A DNA stretch of 64,000 bases. Source: a virus. Its lineage: Duplodnaviria; Caudoviricetes. Both the position numbers and the translations under genes were made by a program. Below are positions 19,776 to 29,443 of this stretch, piece by piece. Below the pieces are notes generated by a model. It worked only from the letters and a program-made list of their open reading frames with translations, did no database searches and was not told the DNA's origin. The first letter of the stretch is position 1. Each line of letters begins with the position of its first letter. The DNA lies in IMG/VR virus record IMGVR_UViG_3300031998_000008, positions 64,001 to 128,000 of that record; one strand, written 5' to 3'.

Positions 19776-20183
19776 ATGTTAGTAAGAGATTTTTTTGACC
19801 AAACGGTCAATTTGTACAATGAATGCAAAGACAAATACCATATGGGATATTGGAAAGAAACCCATTTGACTGACGAAGAAGATGAAAAGATGGTTGAAGT
19901 CTATTCAAAGTACCTTGACAAGTGCAAGATATATATAGAAGAAAATGATATACAGGATGACAATTATAATGCTTTGTTGCCAATTGTGTATCGTGTTTTG
20001 AAGAAGGATAAAGAATGGAAAAGTGGGGAATTTGACCCAAAAAAAATAATTTCAGTGTTCACAGACCTTAGAAATCAATTAAATGAACAATTGAAAAAGA
20101 ATCCAATGAATATTGATGATGAATTGGTTGCTTGCGTTGAAACTGCAAGATATTTTACTAAGAGTGATGATATTTTTGATTGA
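19776..20183 (+). CDS. hypothetical protein, paralogue family A
   Basis: Clear paralogue of 19356. Confidence 0.75.
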   Translation: MLVRDFFDQTVNLYNECKDKYHMGYWKETHLTDEEDEKMVEVYSKYLDKCKIYIEENDIQDDNYNALLPIVYRVLKKDKEWKSGEFDPKKIISVFTDLRNQLNEQLKKNPMNIDDELVACVETARYFTKSDDIFD

Positions 20184-20578
20184 ATGATATGGAAAAATAT
20201 GATATAATAAAAGATTATTTTTTAGTTGAAACTTATAAAGAATATAATTTATCAAAAGAAAAGTTTCATTCAGATTATTGGCGTGAAGCCATTCCTGAAA
20301 TGTTAGATTGTAATAAAAAAGAAGACAAAGATTACATTAATAATGCATCAAGGCATCTTGATAAATGTAGAAGATTTATCTTAAATCACAATTACAAATA
20401 TGAAGAATCATATGCTTTATTAAGAGTTGTTGTTTGTCTTGTTAAAAATAACACATGGCTATATCATTTTAATCCGTATAGAATAATAAGCACATTTAAT
20501 GAAAAATGTAAAAATGAAAATATAAAAATAGATATTTTTGATGAAAATGTGTATTTTGAAGTTGCCAATAATTTATGA
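20180..20578 (+). CDS. hypothetical protein, paralogue family A
   Basis: HSDYW...LDKC...ALL.VV...FNP.RIIS.F. Confidence 0.7.
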   Translation: MNDMEKYDIIKDYFLVETYKEYNLSKEKFHSDYWREAIPEMLDCNKKEDKDYINNASRHLDKCRRFILNHNYKYEESYALLRVVVCLVKNNTWLYHFNPYRIISTFNEKCKNENIKIDIFDENVYFEVANNL

Positions 20579-20772
20579 ATTTTTTTGTAGATTATAGTTG
20601 CGGAATGCAAAGTATTATGTCAATATTTGGTGTTTCGTTTGCAATAATTGAAAGTGGTCCAAATATTAAGGGATATGTTGTTGAAAGGCGTGGCGAAATG
20701 AGAAGAAGACATAGAATTAAAAAGTACATCAACAATAATAATTTTGTAATAAAGTGTGTGAAGGTAGATTGA
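20575..20772 (+). CDS. hypothetical protein
   Basis: ATGA-coupled small ORF. Confidence 0.5.
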   Translation: MNFFVDYSCGMQSIMSIFGVSFAIIESGPNIKGYVVERRGEMRRRHRIKKYINNNNFVIKCVKVD

Positions 20773-20773
20773 T

Positions 20774-21253
20774 ATGGATGAATATTTGGCATTTGTTGAT
20801 TACATTGGAAGAACAATAGATGGGCAATATATATACAGATTTGACTTTACAGTTGATTCAGATAGTGTATGGGGAGATTATTTCAATGTTACACCAGCTG
20901 GTATAGTTCCGGATTTACAGCCTGACAGGAATTCACTATCCAAGACATGTAAGGTGAATTTTCCTAAAGAAATGCAAATAGCAAAAAAGAACTATTGCTT
21001 TTCAATGCAGGATTGTATAGATGGTATTATACCTGTTGTTTTTTCAGAAATATCTGAAAATTTGGTCGAATATAATGATGGCCCATTATTTTTTAGGTTT
21101 GGAGAGGATTATGAAACTGTGAAAAATACATTGAATTCAATTGGAATTGAAATGTATGACATGGAACTTGTTGAAAAGGGAGATGAAAGCGCAATTGATG
21201 CATTGATTGATAACATGGATTTAATAAATGACGAAGATGGTGGCGCTTTTTAG
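20774..21253 (+). CDS. conserved hypothetical protein, paralogue family B
   Basis: V.YIG...DG.Y.Y.F.F....VWG...P...C.SM....GI; paralogue of 21439. Confidence 0.75.
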   Translation: MDEYLAFVDYIGRTIDGQYIYRFDFTVDSDSVWGDYFNVTPAGIVPDLQPDRNSLSKTCKVNFPKEMQIAKKNYCFSMQDCIDGIIPVVFSEISENLVEYNDGPLFFRFGEDYETVKNTLNSIGIEMYDMELVEKGDESAIDALIDNMDLINDEDGGAF

Positions 21254-21437
21254 TGAAGGCGAATGTAGTGGAAGTGGACAAGGAACCGTATATAGTGGGC
21301 ATGGCTATTTTGAAAGGCATTCTCATGATGGATTCATGTTTAGAGAGCCAAGGCCATACATTGAGTATAAAAGAATGATAAAAAAGGGATTACGTAAATA
21401 TAGATTAGCCCCAAAAAGATTTAATTGGTATTTTTGA
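21237..21437 (+). CDS. hypothetical protein
   Basis: Fills the gap between family B genes; start uncertain. Confidence 0.4.
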   Translation: MVALFSEGECSGSGQGTVYSGHGYFERHSHDGFMFREPRPYIEYKRMIKKGLRKYRLAPKRFNWYF

Positions 21438-21438
21438 T

Positions 21439-21837
21439 ATGGAAAAAGAAGATATTTTGAAGTTGGTATATGTAAAATATATTGGTAAAAACACTGATGG
21501 GACATATGTGTATAATTTCTTTTTCAGCGAAACACCTGAATATGTGTGGGGACCTGCATGGGATGTTGATAATCCAAGCAATAATGGTGACATAACACCT
21601 GATTCAACTACATATTCTGTTGTTAAACAGGTTTATACAACACTTCCGTTAAAGACAGCAGAAGAAACTACATGTTATTCAATGGAGTATGCTACTTATG
21701 GAATTTTAGCATTATGTTGGATTGATATTGAAAATCTTGAAGTTTATCCTGAACATGGTAGATTAGCAATGCATTTCAACGATTCTTATTATGAAGTTGA
21801 GGATAAACTTAATCTTTATGGTTGGAATTTTAAATAA
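21439..21837 (+). CDS. conserved hypothetical protein, paralogue family B
   Basis: Paralogue of 20774. Confidence 0.75.
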   Translation: MEKEDILKLVYVKYIGKNTDGTYVYNFFFSETPEYVWGPAWDVDNPSNNGDITPDSTTYSVVKQVYTTLPLKTAEETTCYSMEYATYGILALCWIDIENLEVYPEHGRLAMHFNDSYYEVEDKLNLYGWNFK

Positions 21838-21857
21838 TTTTTTGTAAAATATAGAAA

Positions 21858-22172
21858 ATGGAAAAAATGTTAGATAAAGACAAACTTATTTTGGTATTTT
21901 ATATCAATGTTGCTGACATTGATAGAGCAGATGTTATTGAATATTTGAATGATGCAAGAAAAGGTCTTGCTGATTTTCTTGATGAATCAATACTTTCATA
22001 TTTTATTCCTGTTGAGGAAGAGGAAAGTCACCTTGAGTGTATCAATCCTGTAAAACTTGAAGGAACTGAATATGAAGAAGCATTAAAAAAACTTGACGAA
22101 GCAAACAAAAAATTTAGTGAAGTATTAGAAAATTTAACAAATAATAATTTTGACAATGAGTTACAACAATAA
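21858..22172 (+). CDS. hypothetical protein
   Basis: 104 aa ORF in operon. Confidence 0.65.
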   Translation: MEKMLDKDKLILVFYINVADIDRADVIEYLNDARKGLADFLDESILSYFIPVEEEESHLECINPVKLEGTEYEEALKKLDEANKKFSEVLENLTNNNFDNELQQ

Positions 22173-22668
22173 CAATGACGAATTTATAGTGTACGAAAAT
22201 CACGTTGCATTTTGGGGTTCTGAGTTTTCAAACTTCTACAAGTGCAATTTTACGTACTTAGGAATTAAGTTCAGTAGTTCCGAACAGGCTTTTATGTATG
22301 AAAAGGCTTTGTATTTCAAAGACAAAGAAACAGCCGCATTAATATTGGAAGCAAAAACTCCGAAAGAGGCAAAGAAACTTGGAAGACAAGTTCGTGGCTT
22401 TGATAGTGACGAATGGTCTGAGGTTTGTGAAGACATTATGTATAATGTTGTTTTGCACAAATTCATCCAAAATGACAAGTTACAAAAACTAATCACAAGA
22501 GAAGACCTTTTGGATAAAACATTCGTTGAGGGCTCTCCATATGACGGAATTTGGGGTGTCAAGATGGCATGGAACAATCCAAAAATTGATGATGAATCAA
22601 ATTGGGAAGGTGAAAATCTTTTGGGTAAGGTACTTGGAAGAGTTAGGGACTATTTATTAAGAGTATAA
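22156..22668 (+). CDS. NADAR family protein (YbiA/DUF1768)
   Basis: FSNFY, SSEQ.FM..KA..F.D, P.EAK.LGR.V, KF.QN..L, E.SP.D.IWG, G.NLLG..L. Confidence 0.92.
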   Translation: MSYNNNNDEFIVYENHVAFWGSEFSNFYKCNFTYLGIKFSSSEQAFMYEKALYFKDKETAALILEAKTPKEAKKLGRQVRGFDSDEWSEVCEDIMYNVVLHKFIQNDKLQKLITREDLLDKTFVEGSPYDGIWGVKMAWNNPKIDDESNWEGENLLGKVLGRVRDYLLRV

Positions 22669-22735
22669 AACTTTAATTTTTATCGCTAAAAATAACACGT
22701 AATAAGCATGCCAAGGGATTTGGCTTATATAATTA

Positions 22736-25700
22736 ATGTCAGAAAATTTGAAGAAAAAGGAAATTACTCCTGAAGTAATTAGTACCTTTTTAAATGGTCG
22801 TGATGAACAGACTGGTATAGTAAATCTTGATTACAAATATCAAAACGACTATATAACTGTTTATTATAGGAATGAAAATGATGATAAATGTGTGGCACAA
22901 GAGCCATTTATGCCATTTTTATGGGCAACTGAAAAAGCATGCCGAAAATTATGTGGCGGCGATAGAAATAAAGTAAAAGAACTACTTAAAAGATACAGAA
23001 TATGGGTTAAATCTCTTGATGTAACCAATTCAGAGGGTAAAGTTGTTGAAGAAATTAAAAACGGTTATACATACCTGTTCTATGCAACTACACCAATGAG
23101 TTATTCTGAATTCTTGGACTTTTTCAAAAAAGCAGGAAATGCGGTTTCAAGTAGGAAAAAGAAGGATGATAAGGGTGGTACACAGCAGAAAGACGAAAAA
23201 CAATATTTAACAGTAACACCTAAAGAACAATTCTTAATATCAACAGGAAAAAGATACTTCAAAGGATATGAAGATTATAATGATATTCTTAGGTTGATAT
23301 TCGACTTGGAAACAACAGGCCTTAATACCAAAAAGGATAGAATTGAACAGTTTGGTATTAGGTTCAACAGACAAGTTAAGTATAAAGGAAATTATATTGA
23401 TTTTAGAAAAATATTTACAACTGAAGGTAAAACAAAAGAAGAAAAAGATGCTTCAGAGTTGTATAATATTGTAACTTTCCTTAAAATCATTTATACATTT
23501 AGGCCCGATGTTATTACGGCACATAATGGTGAGGCATTCGACTGGAACATTATTATTGGTGCTTGTGAACGTTTGGGTACTTCTCTTGAAGAATTGTCAA
23601 AGAAATTTTTCGATGGCGAACCAATTAGAAAAGATGAGCGTGAATCAATTCTTAAATTGGGCGGAGAAATTGAAAAATACCAAAAGACAATTGTACCTAA
23701 AACAATTGTTACAGATTCATTACATGCGGTTAGAAGAGCACAGGCCCTTGATTCAAACATGCTTTTCTCAAATTTGAAATATGTAAGTAAGTATTCAGAT
23801 TTGATTAAAGAAGACCGTGTTTATATACCAGGTGATAAGATTTCAGAAATTTGGAATGATACAGTTCGCATGTTTGCAATTAACGATGAGACAGGCGATT
23901 GGTATGTATATGACGAAAACCATGTATGTGAGAGTGAAGAACTGCTACAAAAGAAAGGAAAAGACAATCCAACGTTTGTTCTTTACACAAAGAATAAACT
24001 TTTAGATGGATATAAACTTGTTGATGGCAAATACATTGGACAAAAGTATTTGCTTGATGACTTGTGGGAGTGTGATATGGTTGAACACCGTTATAACACT
24101 CCTAACTTCCTTATTTGTAAAATGATTCCTGTTCCATTTGACAAATGCTGTACTATGGGTACTGCTGGCCAGTGGAAATCAATTATGCTTGCATGGAGTT
24201 ATGAATATAACTTGGCAATTCCTCAATTTTCAGAAAGAAAAACATTTACAGGTGGTCTTTCAAGACTTTTGAAAGTTGGATTTGTTGATAATGTTGCAAA
24301 ATTCGACTACAATTCACTTTATCCTTCAATCATTCTTACTTGGGGTATTAGTGATGCAAAAGACTTGTTACATTCAATGCTTTACTTCTTGGAACACGTA
24401 CTTACTCAACGTGAAAAGTATAAAGGATTGAAGAAAAAGGCAGGTAAAGCAAAAGATAAGTACAAAGAAGAGTATGCTGCTTGCACAGACCCACATCTTA
24501 AAGATGAAATAAATAGGAAAATAATGGAGGCAGCACAGGAAGAATCAGCAAACGATAAGAAACAGTTGCCTTTGAAAATTTTCGGTAACTCATTCTTTGG
24601 GTCATATGGTGCTCCAAACGTATTCCCATGGGCTTCAATTGCTTGTGCTGAAAGAACAACATGCACAGGTAGAATGGCTCTTAGATTGATGATTTATTGG
24701 TTTACTAAGATTGGTTATCAGCCAATTGTTGGTGATACTGATGGTTTTAACTTCCAACTTCCTGATGACGATAAATTCAGATATACAAAGGAAAATCCAT
24801 ATATAAGCCCAGGTCTTTCAAGAGAAACAAAAGAAGGTGTTGAATATGTTGGGTTTAGGGCTGATGTTGCTGAGTTTAACGATTTATTCATGAAAGATTT
24901 CCATTATGGTCCAAACTGCGTTAATAAGATGGGCCTTGGTATTGATGAAGTTGTTGCCGCTACTATTAACTTTAGTAGAAAGAACTATGCTGACTATTTC
25001 CCTGATGAAGAATTTCCAAAGGATGTTAAGATGGTCGGTAATACAATCAAATCAAAGAAAATGCCTGAATATATTTCAAAATTCTTGGAAAGGGGTATTA
25101 GATTATTGCTTAGAAAAAAAGGACAAGAATTTATTGAATCATATTATGATTATATTGAAAAGATTTACAATTATCAGATACCGTTGAAGATGATTGCTTC
25201 AAAAGGTAAGATAAAGAAGTCAATAGAAGAATATATAGAAGACTGTAAGACAATCACAAAAGCAGGTAGGCCGAAATCAAGACAGGCATGGATGGAACTT
25301 GCAATCAAGGAAAATCTTACAGTCAACATGGGAGAAACCATATACTATATTAATATTGGTAAGACAAAATCACAAACAGACGCTAAGAAAGTCACACATT
25401 ATTATGTTGTTGATGGCTTGTTTGGTGATAAGTCTGACCATAGGGTTGCTCTTGAAAAAGAATGGAAAAAAGATAACATTGACGGTAAGTTGGCTCCAAA
25501 AGAACGTGCCTTGTCATTGAATGACTATGTTAAGAAACATCATCCTGACGTTATTATTGAGGATGAGGTTATACTTAACTGTAAGTTGGTCCCAAGAGAA
25601 ATTGTTGATTCTGAAGAAGACATAATGTGTAAAGAGGGTGAAGAATACAATGTACAGAAGTATATTGACCAATTCAACAAGAGAATTACACCTCTTTTGG

Positions 25701-26227
25701 TTTGCTTCAGGTCCGAAATTAGAAATAAAATTTTAATTACAAATCCTGATGACAGGCAGTATTTTACATATGACCAATGTGAATTGTGTAACGGTTTTCC
25801 GAATAAAGAATCAGACCAAGATACATACGAACAACTTATGACATTGGATGATAGGGAAATCCAGTTCTGGATGTCACATCCTGAATGGAAGGTTCCATAT
25901 CTTGAATATTGTGAAATGGATTGGGAAGAAATTCAACGTGATTATCTTGAAAGAATGGAAAAAGAAAAGCAACTTGGTATTGATAAGGTTAAGGCAAAGT
26001 TTGCTGAGATTGTGTTTAATATGACACTTGATGAAATTGAAGACTTTGAAGATGGTGATATGCCAAAGGCAATGCTTGAAATTGTTGATGTGGACCCGAT
26101 TACAGGCAAATTTATGTCAAAGGAATACAAAGATATTGTCATAGGTACAATACTTGATGTGCTTGATGCAAAAGAAGAAAAAATAAACGCACTCGAATTT
26201 GAAAACGAAGTTGAGGCTGAAGTATAA
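22736..26227 (+). CDS. family B DNA polymerase with 3'-5' exonuclease
   Basis: DLETTG, HNG..FD, Y..DD exonuclease motifs; DYNSLYPS, K...NSFFG, GDTDG polymerase motifs. Confidence 0.95.
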   Translation: MSENLKKKEITPEVISTFLNGRDEQTGIVNLDYKYQNDYITVYYRNENDDKCVAQEPFMPFLWATEKACRKLCGGDRNKVKELLKRYRIWVKSLDVTNSEGKVVEEIKNGYTYLFYATTPMSYSEFLDFFKKAGNAVSSRKKKDDKGGTQQKDEKQYLTVTPKEQFLISTGKRYFKGYEDYNDILRLIFDLETTGLNTKKDRIEQFGIRFNRQVKYKGNYIDFRKIFTTEGKTKEEKDASELYNIVTFLKIIYTFRPDVITAHNGEAFDWNIIIGACERLGTSLEELSKKFFDGEPIRKDERESILKLGGEIEKYQKTIVPKTIVTDSLHAVRRAQALDSNMLFSNLKYVSKYSDLIKEDRVYIPGDKISEIWNDTVRMFAINDETGDWYVYDENHVCESEELLQKKGKDNPTFVLYTKNKLLDGYKLVDGKYIGQKYLLDDLWECDMVEHRYNTPNFLICKMIPVPFDKCCTMGTAGQWKSIMLAWSYEYNLAIPQFSERKTFTGGLSRLLKVGFVDNVAKFDYNSLYPSIILTWGISDAKDLLHSMLYFLEHVLTQREKYKGLKKKAGKAKDKYKEEYAACTDPHLKDEINRKIMEAAQEESANDKKQLPLKIFGNSFFGSYGAPNVFPWASIACAERTTCTGRMALRLMIYWFTKIGYQPIVGDTDGFNFQLPDDDKFRYTKENPYISPGLSRETKEGVEYVGFRADVAEFNDLFMKDFHYGPNCVNKMGLGIDEVVAATINFSRKNYADYFPDEEFPKDVKMVGNTIKSKKMPEYISKFLERGIRLLLRKKGQEFIESYYDYIEKIYNYQIPLKMIASKGKIKKSIEEYIEDCKTITKAGRPKSRQAWMELAIKENLTVNMGETIYYINIGKTKSQTDAKKVTHYYVVDGLFGDKSDHRVALEKEWKKDNIDGKLAPKERALSLNDYVKKHHPDVIIEDEVILNCKLVPREIVDSEEDIMCKEGEEYNVQKYIDQFNKRITPLLVCFRSEIRNKILITNPDDRQYFTYDQCELCNGFPNKESDQDTYEQLMTLDDREIQFWMSHPEWKVPYLEYCEMDWEEIQRDYLERMEKEKQLGIDKVKAKFAEIVFNMTLDEIEDFEDGDMPKAMLEIVDVDPITGKFMSKEYKDIVIGTILDVLDAKEEKINALEFENEVEAEV

Positions 26228-26238
26228 AAATGTGAAAT

Positions 26239-27024
26239 ATGAAAGATATTAAATTAAGACTTGTTTATTATTTTTGGATACCAAAAAATGGGTTTAATGA
26301 AATGCATGAATTACATTTTAAATGTTTGGAAAAATATTCAAATTTATTTGATGAATCAATATTTTTTATTGCTGTTGATGATATTGACAATAAAGATATG
26401 TTAAATATTGTAAAAGATACAGAAAAAAGATTATTTAATTGTGGATTTATTAAAAATGTTACATTTAATGTAATATATAATAATGAAATGTATAGAGAAG
26501 GAAAAATTTTCAAAGAAGAAATAGTTGATAAATTTAGAGAGCGTGATGGACTTACATTTTTTGCACATACAAAAGGTGTGTCAACTTATAATATTAACAT
26601 TGAATCAAATAAGTTATGGGTTGCTGCGATGTATTATTTTAATTTGAATTTTATAAATGATGTAATTTTTTATTTAAATGGTACTACAATTAATTCATAC
26701 GGCTTTTTCAGGTGTTTTGATACAGAATTTAAACACATAAAAAATAGGTGGATGTATTGTGGAACATTTATGTGGCTTAATTGTCCTAAAATATATAATT
26801 ACATTATTTCAAACAATATTATTATTCCTGAATTATACGATAAAGGATATGCTGAAGATTTTCTTGGAAATATTATTCCGTGGACATTTTCATCTTCTAA
26901 AGGAAAATGGGTTACAAAAAATCAAGATATGTATAACAACTGTAAAAGTATTTTAAATTTTTTTGTAAATTCAGAAGATGAATTAAATGAATTTTATAAA
27001 TTTTATAATAATGTTTTATTATGA
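26239..27024 (+). CDS. putative glycosyltransferase-like protein (HTKG motif)
   Basis: YREG, FFAHTKGVS, G.F.W.N, AE.F.G; very AT-rich. Confidence 0.5.
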   Translation: MKDIKLRLVYYFWIPKNGFNEMHELHFKCLEKYSNLFDESIFFIAVDDIDNKDMLNIVKDTEKRLFNCGFIKNVTFNVIYNNEMYREGKIFKEEIVDKFRERDGLTFFAHTKGVSTYNINIESNKLWVAAMYYFNLNFINDVIFYLNGTTINSYGFFRCFDTEFKHIKNRWMYCGTFMWLNCPKIYNYIISNNIIIPELYDKGYAEDFLGNIIPWTFSSSKGKWVTKNQDMYNNCKSILNFFVNSEDELNEFYKFYNNVLL

Positions 27025-27926
27025 TTAATGATTTAATTTTAATTACTGCTTGCTTAAAAGTTGATAATTTGTTTAAGATAGCAAATTCAATAAAAGAAAA
27101 TTTAAATAAGACAAATCTTAATGTACTATGGGCAATAGTTATTGATGGATATAATGCTGATAATGAAAAAATACAGAAAATAGTTCCTGAATTAGAAGAA
27201 TTATTGGTTTCCTATTGTATAAATTATAAATTTTTCTTATCAGGAAAACCAAATCAGAAGAATTATGGCGGTGATATGTTTAATGGACCACTTACTGAAT
27301 TGAAAAATACAATGTTTTGGAATAAGAATGCATTTGTGTACATATTGGATGATGACAATATAATACATCCCTTTTTATTTGATAGATTGAATAAAATAGC
27401 AGAATATAATGGAGATTCTGATAAAATTTACGTATTAACATGTGTTGGTGAATATGGAGAGGTTTGTGATTCTTATAAAAACGTGTTCATGCGTGAAGTT
27501 CCTTTTAAGGATAAAATTTCTATTGTACCATATCAAATAGGATTGGACCCAAGTCAAGCAATACATACGCTTAATTTTATTATGAATTGGAAATATACAG
27601 CATCAAATGGTGAAAGAAAAGAAAATAAAATGTTTCCTCCGAATGCTATATATGATGTTGAACTATATTATTATTTATGTAAAGAAAATAGAGATGATTT
27701 CGTTTGTTATAATGAAATTGATAAAAATTTTAATTATTGTTATAGTGAACGTAATTCATTTCATAATGGACTTAGAACTGATGATGAAATTGATGAATAT
27801 ATTGAATCATTAGAAAATACGGATTTATCAAGTTCTTATATTGTTGTCCAAACAAAAGATAAAAAGCCGAAAATGTTTCCAATTAATAGTAATATAGCAA
27901 AAGAAGCATTAAAAAAATTAAAATAA
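27021..27926 (+). CDS. putative GT-A glycosyltransferase
   Basis: LILITA start; VYILDDDN.IHP DxD motif. Confidence 0.6.
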   Translation: MINDLILITACLKVDNLFKIANSIKENLNKTNLNVLWAIVIDGYNADNEKIQKIVPELEELLVSYCINYKFFLSGKPNQKNYGGDMFNGPLTELKNTMFWNKNAFVYILDDDNIIHPFLFDRLNKIAEYNGDSDKIYVLTCVGEYGEVCDSYKNVFMREVPFKDKISIVPYQIGLDPSQAIHTLNFIMNWKYTASNGERKENKMFPPNAIYDVELYYYLCKENRDDFVCYNEIDKNFNYCYSERNSFHNGLRTDDEIDEYIESLENTDLSSSYIVVQTKDKKPKMFPINSNIAKEALKKLK

Positions 27927-27940
27927 TAAAAATTTTTGCT

Positions 27941-28819
27941 ATGAAATTATATGGCGCAATTGTTGTTTATAATGAAGAACCTATAGTAAAATATGTTATG
28001 CCATATCTTATTCGATACGGTTTTGATAAATTATTTATATATAATGACGGTTCAACCGATAATACAATTGATTTGATAAAATCTTATAATTGTGATTTTA
28101 TTGAATTTAAAGATTTTTCTATATATAAAGATAAAGTCATTAAAGAATGTTTTGATTATGCAAAAGCATGTGTATTTGCTGATTTATTTTTAATGGGAAA
28201 AAATATTTCAAAGTCTTGTGGTGAAGATATATGGGTTTATCATTCTGACTTTGATGAGATACTTTTTAATGCAAGTGGGGATAGTATTAAGGAACATATT
28301 GCTCAATTAGATAATTTTGGATTTAATTATTTTGCTGGTAGAATGATAAATTTAGTAAAAGGAGATGATTCATTTGAAGAACTTCCGCATACATTTACTA
28401 ACACAAAATGTTTCTACTGGAATTATTACGGTCAAAAAAGTTTTTTATTGAAATGTAATGATTTTACTGAATATAATTATCTTTTCGGAAACGGAAATCA
28501 TGTTATTCAATTGCAACTTGAAGACGGAAAAGTATTGTCAAATCTTTATGAATTTGGAGAATTTTATTGTTTTCATTTAAAATATTTTACATATGATTAT
28601 TTTTTATATAAAAATATTAAAAATTATAAAAAAAATATAAATTATATTTTATATTCTGAAAATGAAAAAATAATAAAAGAAAAATATAAATGTGAAACAA
28701 GCCAAAAATTTCCAATTGAAATGTTTTATGCATTAAATGGATTTTTTATTAAAAACGATTTACCAATTTTAAAAGGCAAATTTCATATAGTTGGTAATAT
28801 TAATATTTATGAAAAATAA
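27941..28819 (+). CDS. GT2 family glycosyltransferase
   Basis: YNEE, NDGSTDNT, W...DFDE motifs. Confidence 0.8.
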   Translation: MKLYGAIVVYNEEPIVKYVMPYLIRYGFDKLFIYNDGSTDNTIDLIKSYNCDFIEFKDFSIYKDKVIKECFDYAKACVFADLFLMGKNISKSCGEDIWVYHSDFDEILFNASGDSIKEHIAQLDNFGFNYFAGRMINLVKGDDSFEELPHTFTNTKCFYWNYYGQKSFLLKCNDFTEYNYLFGNGNHVIQLQLEDGKVLSNLYEFGEFYCFHLKYFTYDYFLYKNIKNYKKNINYILYSENEKIIKEKYKCETSQKFPIEMFYALNGFFIKNDLPILKGKFHIVGNINIYEK

Positions 28820-28848
28820 AAAAAAGTCGGTCAAATGGCCGACTTTTT
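28818..28848. terminator. bidirectional terminator
   Basis: AAAAAGTCGGTC-AAAT-GGCCGACTTTTT. Confidence 0.8.
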
Positions 28849-28868
28849 ATTTAATATTAAGTACCACT

Positions 28869-29441
28869 TTATTTATTTGCATTTCCAAGTTTTTCAAGTT
28901 TAGCCGCATAAACGTTTCCTTTATTGTCAACAATCTTTATTGCGCCGGCTTTTAGTCCGATTGTGCTTATTGAATTGTTTTCGTTTAACGGCTGTTTTGA
29001 AAAATATTCATTAAGGCATTCGTTTACGATTGCTTTTATAATTGAATAGTCAATATTTCCTCCTTGAGGCTGTTGATATTGCTGTTGTTCTCTAATTTGC
29101 TGTTTTCTTTGTGGCTTTTGTTGAGGAATGTCAATATCAGCCAATGGATTTACATCAATAACTTCATTCAACATTGATTGCTTTATGTTTTCAGGCAATC
29201 TACTGTTTGCTGCTGTTGCTTGATTGTAGCGCATATCTTTTGCTTGCGGTGCTCTTCTTTGTTGTTGAGGAACCTCTTCTTCATTTAGATACATGCTATC
29301 AAAATCATTATAATCATCATATGATGATGGGTCTGGGTCATTATTGCTTTTATATGATTCTATGAGCCTATCGCCTTCAGGATTACATAAATCCCTTGCC
29401 TTACCCAATATTTGTGCTAATTGTTGTTTTGAAACTGCCAT
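28869..29441 (-). CDS. hypothetical Gln-rich late protein, probable head/internal protein
   Basis: Several (L/I)xE sites; internal IIKAIVNECLNE. Confidence 0.65.
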   Translation of the reverse strand: MAVSKQQLAQILGKARDLCNPEGDRLIESYKSNNDPDPSSYDDYNDFDSMYLNEEEVPQQQRRAPQAKDMRYNQATAANSRLPENIKQSMLNEVIDVNPLADIDIPQQKPQRKQQIREQQQYQQPQGGNIDYSIIKAIVNECLNEYFSKQPLNENNSISTIGLKAGAIKIVDNKGNVYAAKLEKLGNANK

Positions 29442-29443
29442 TT

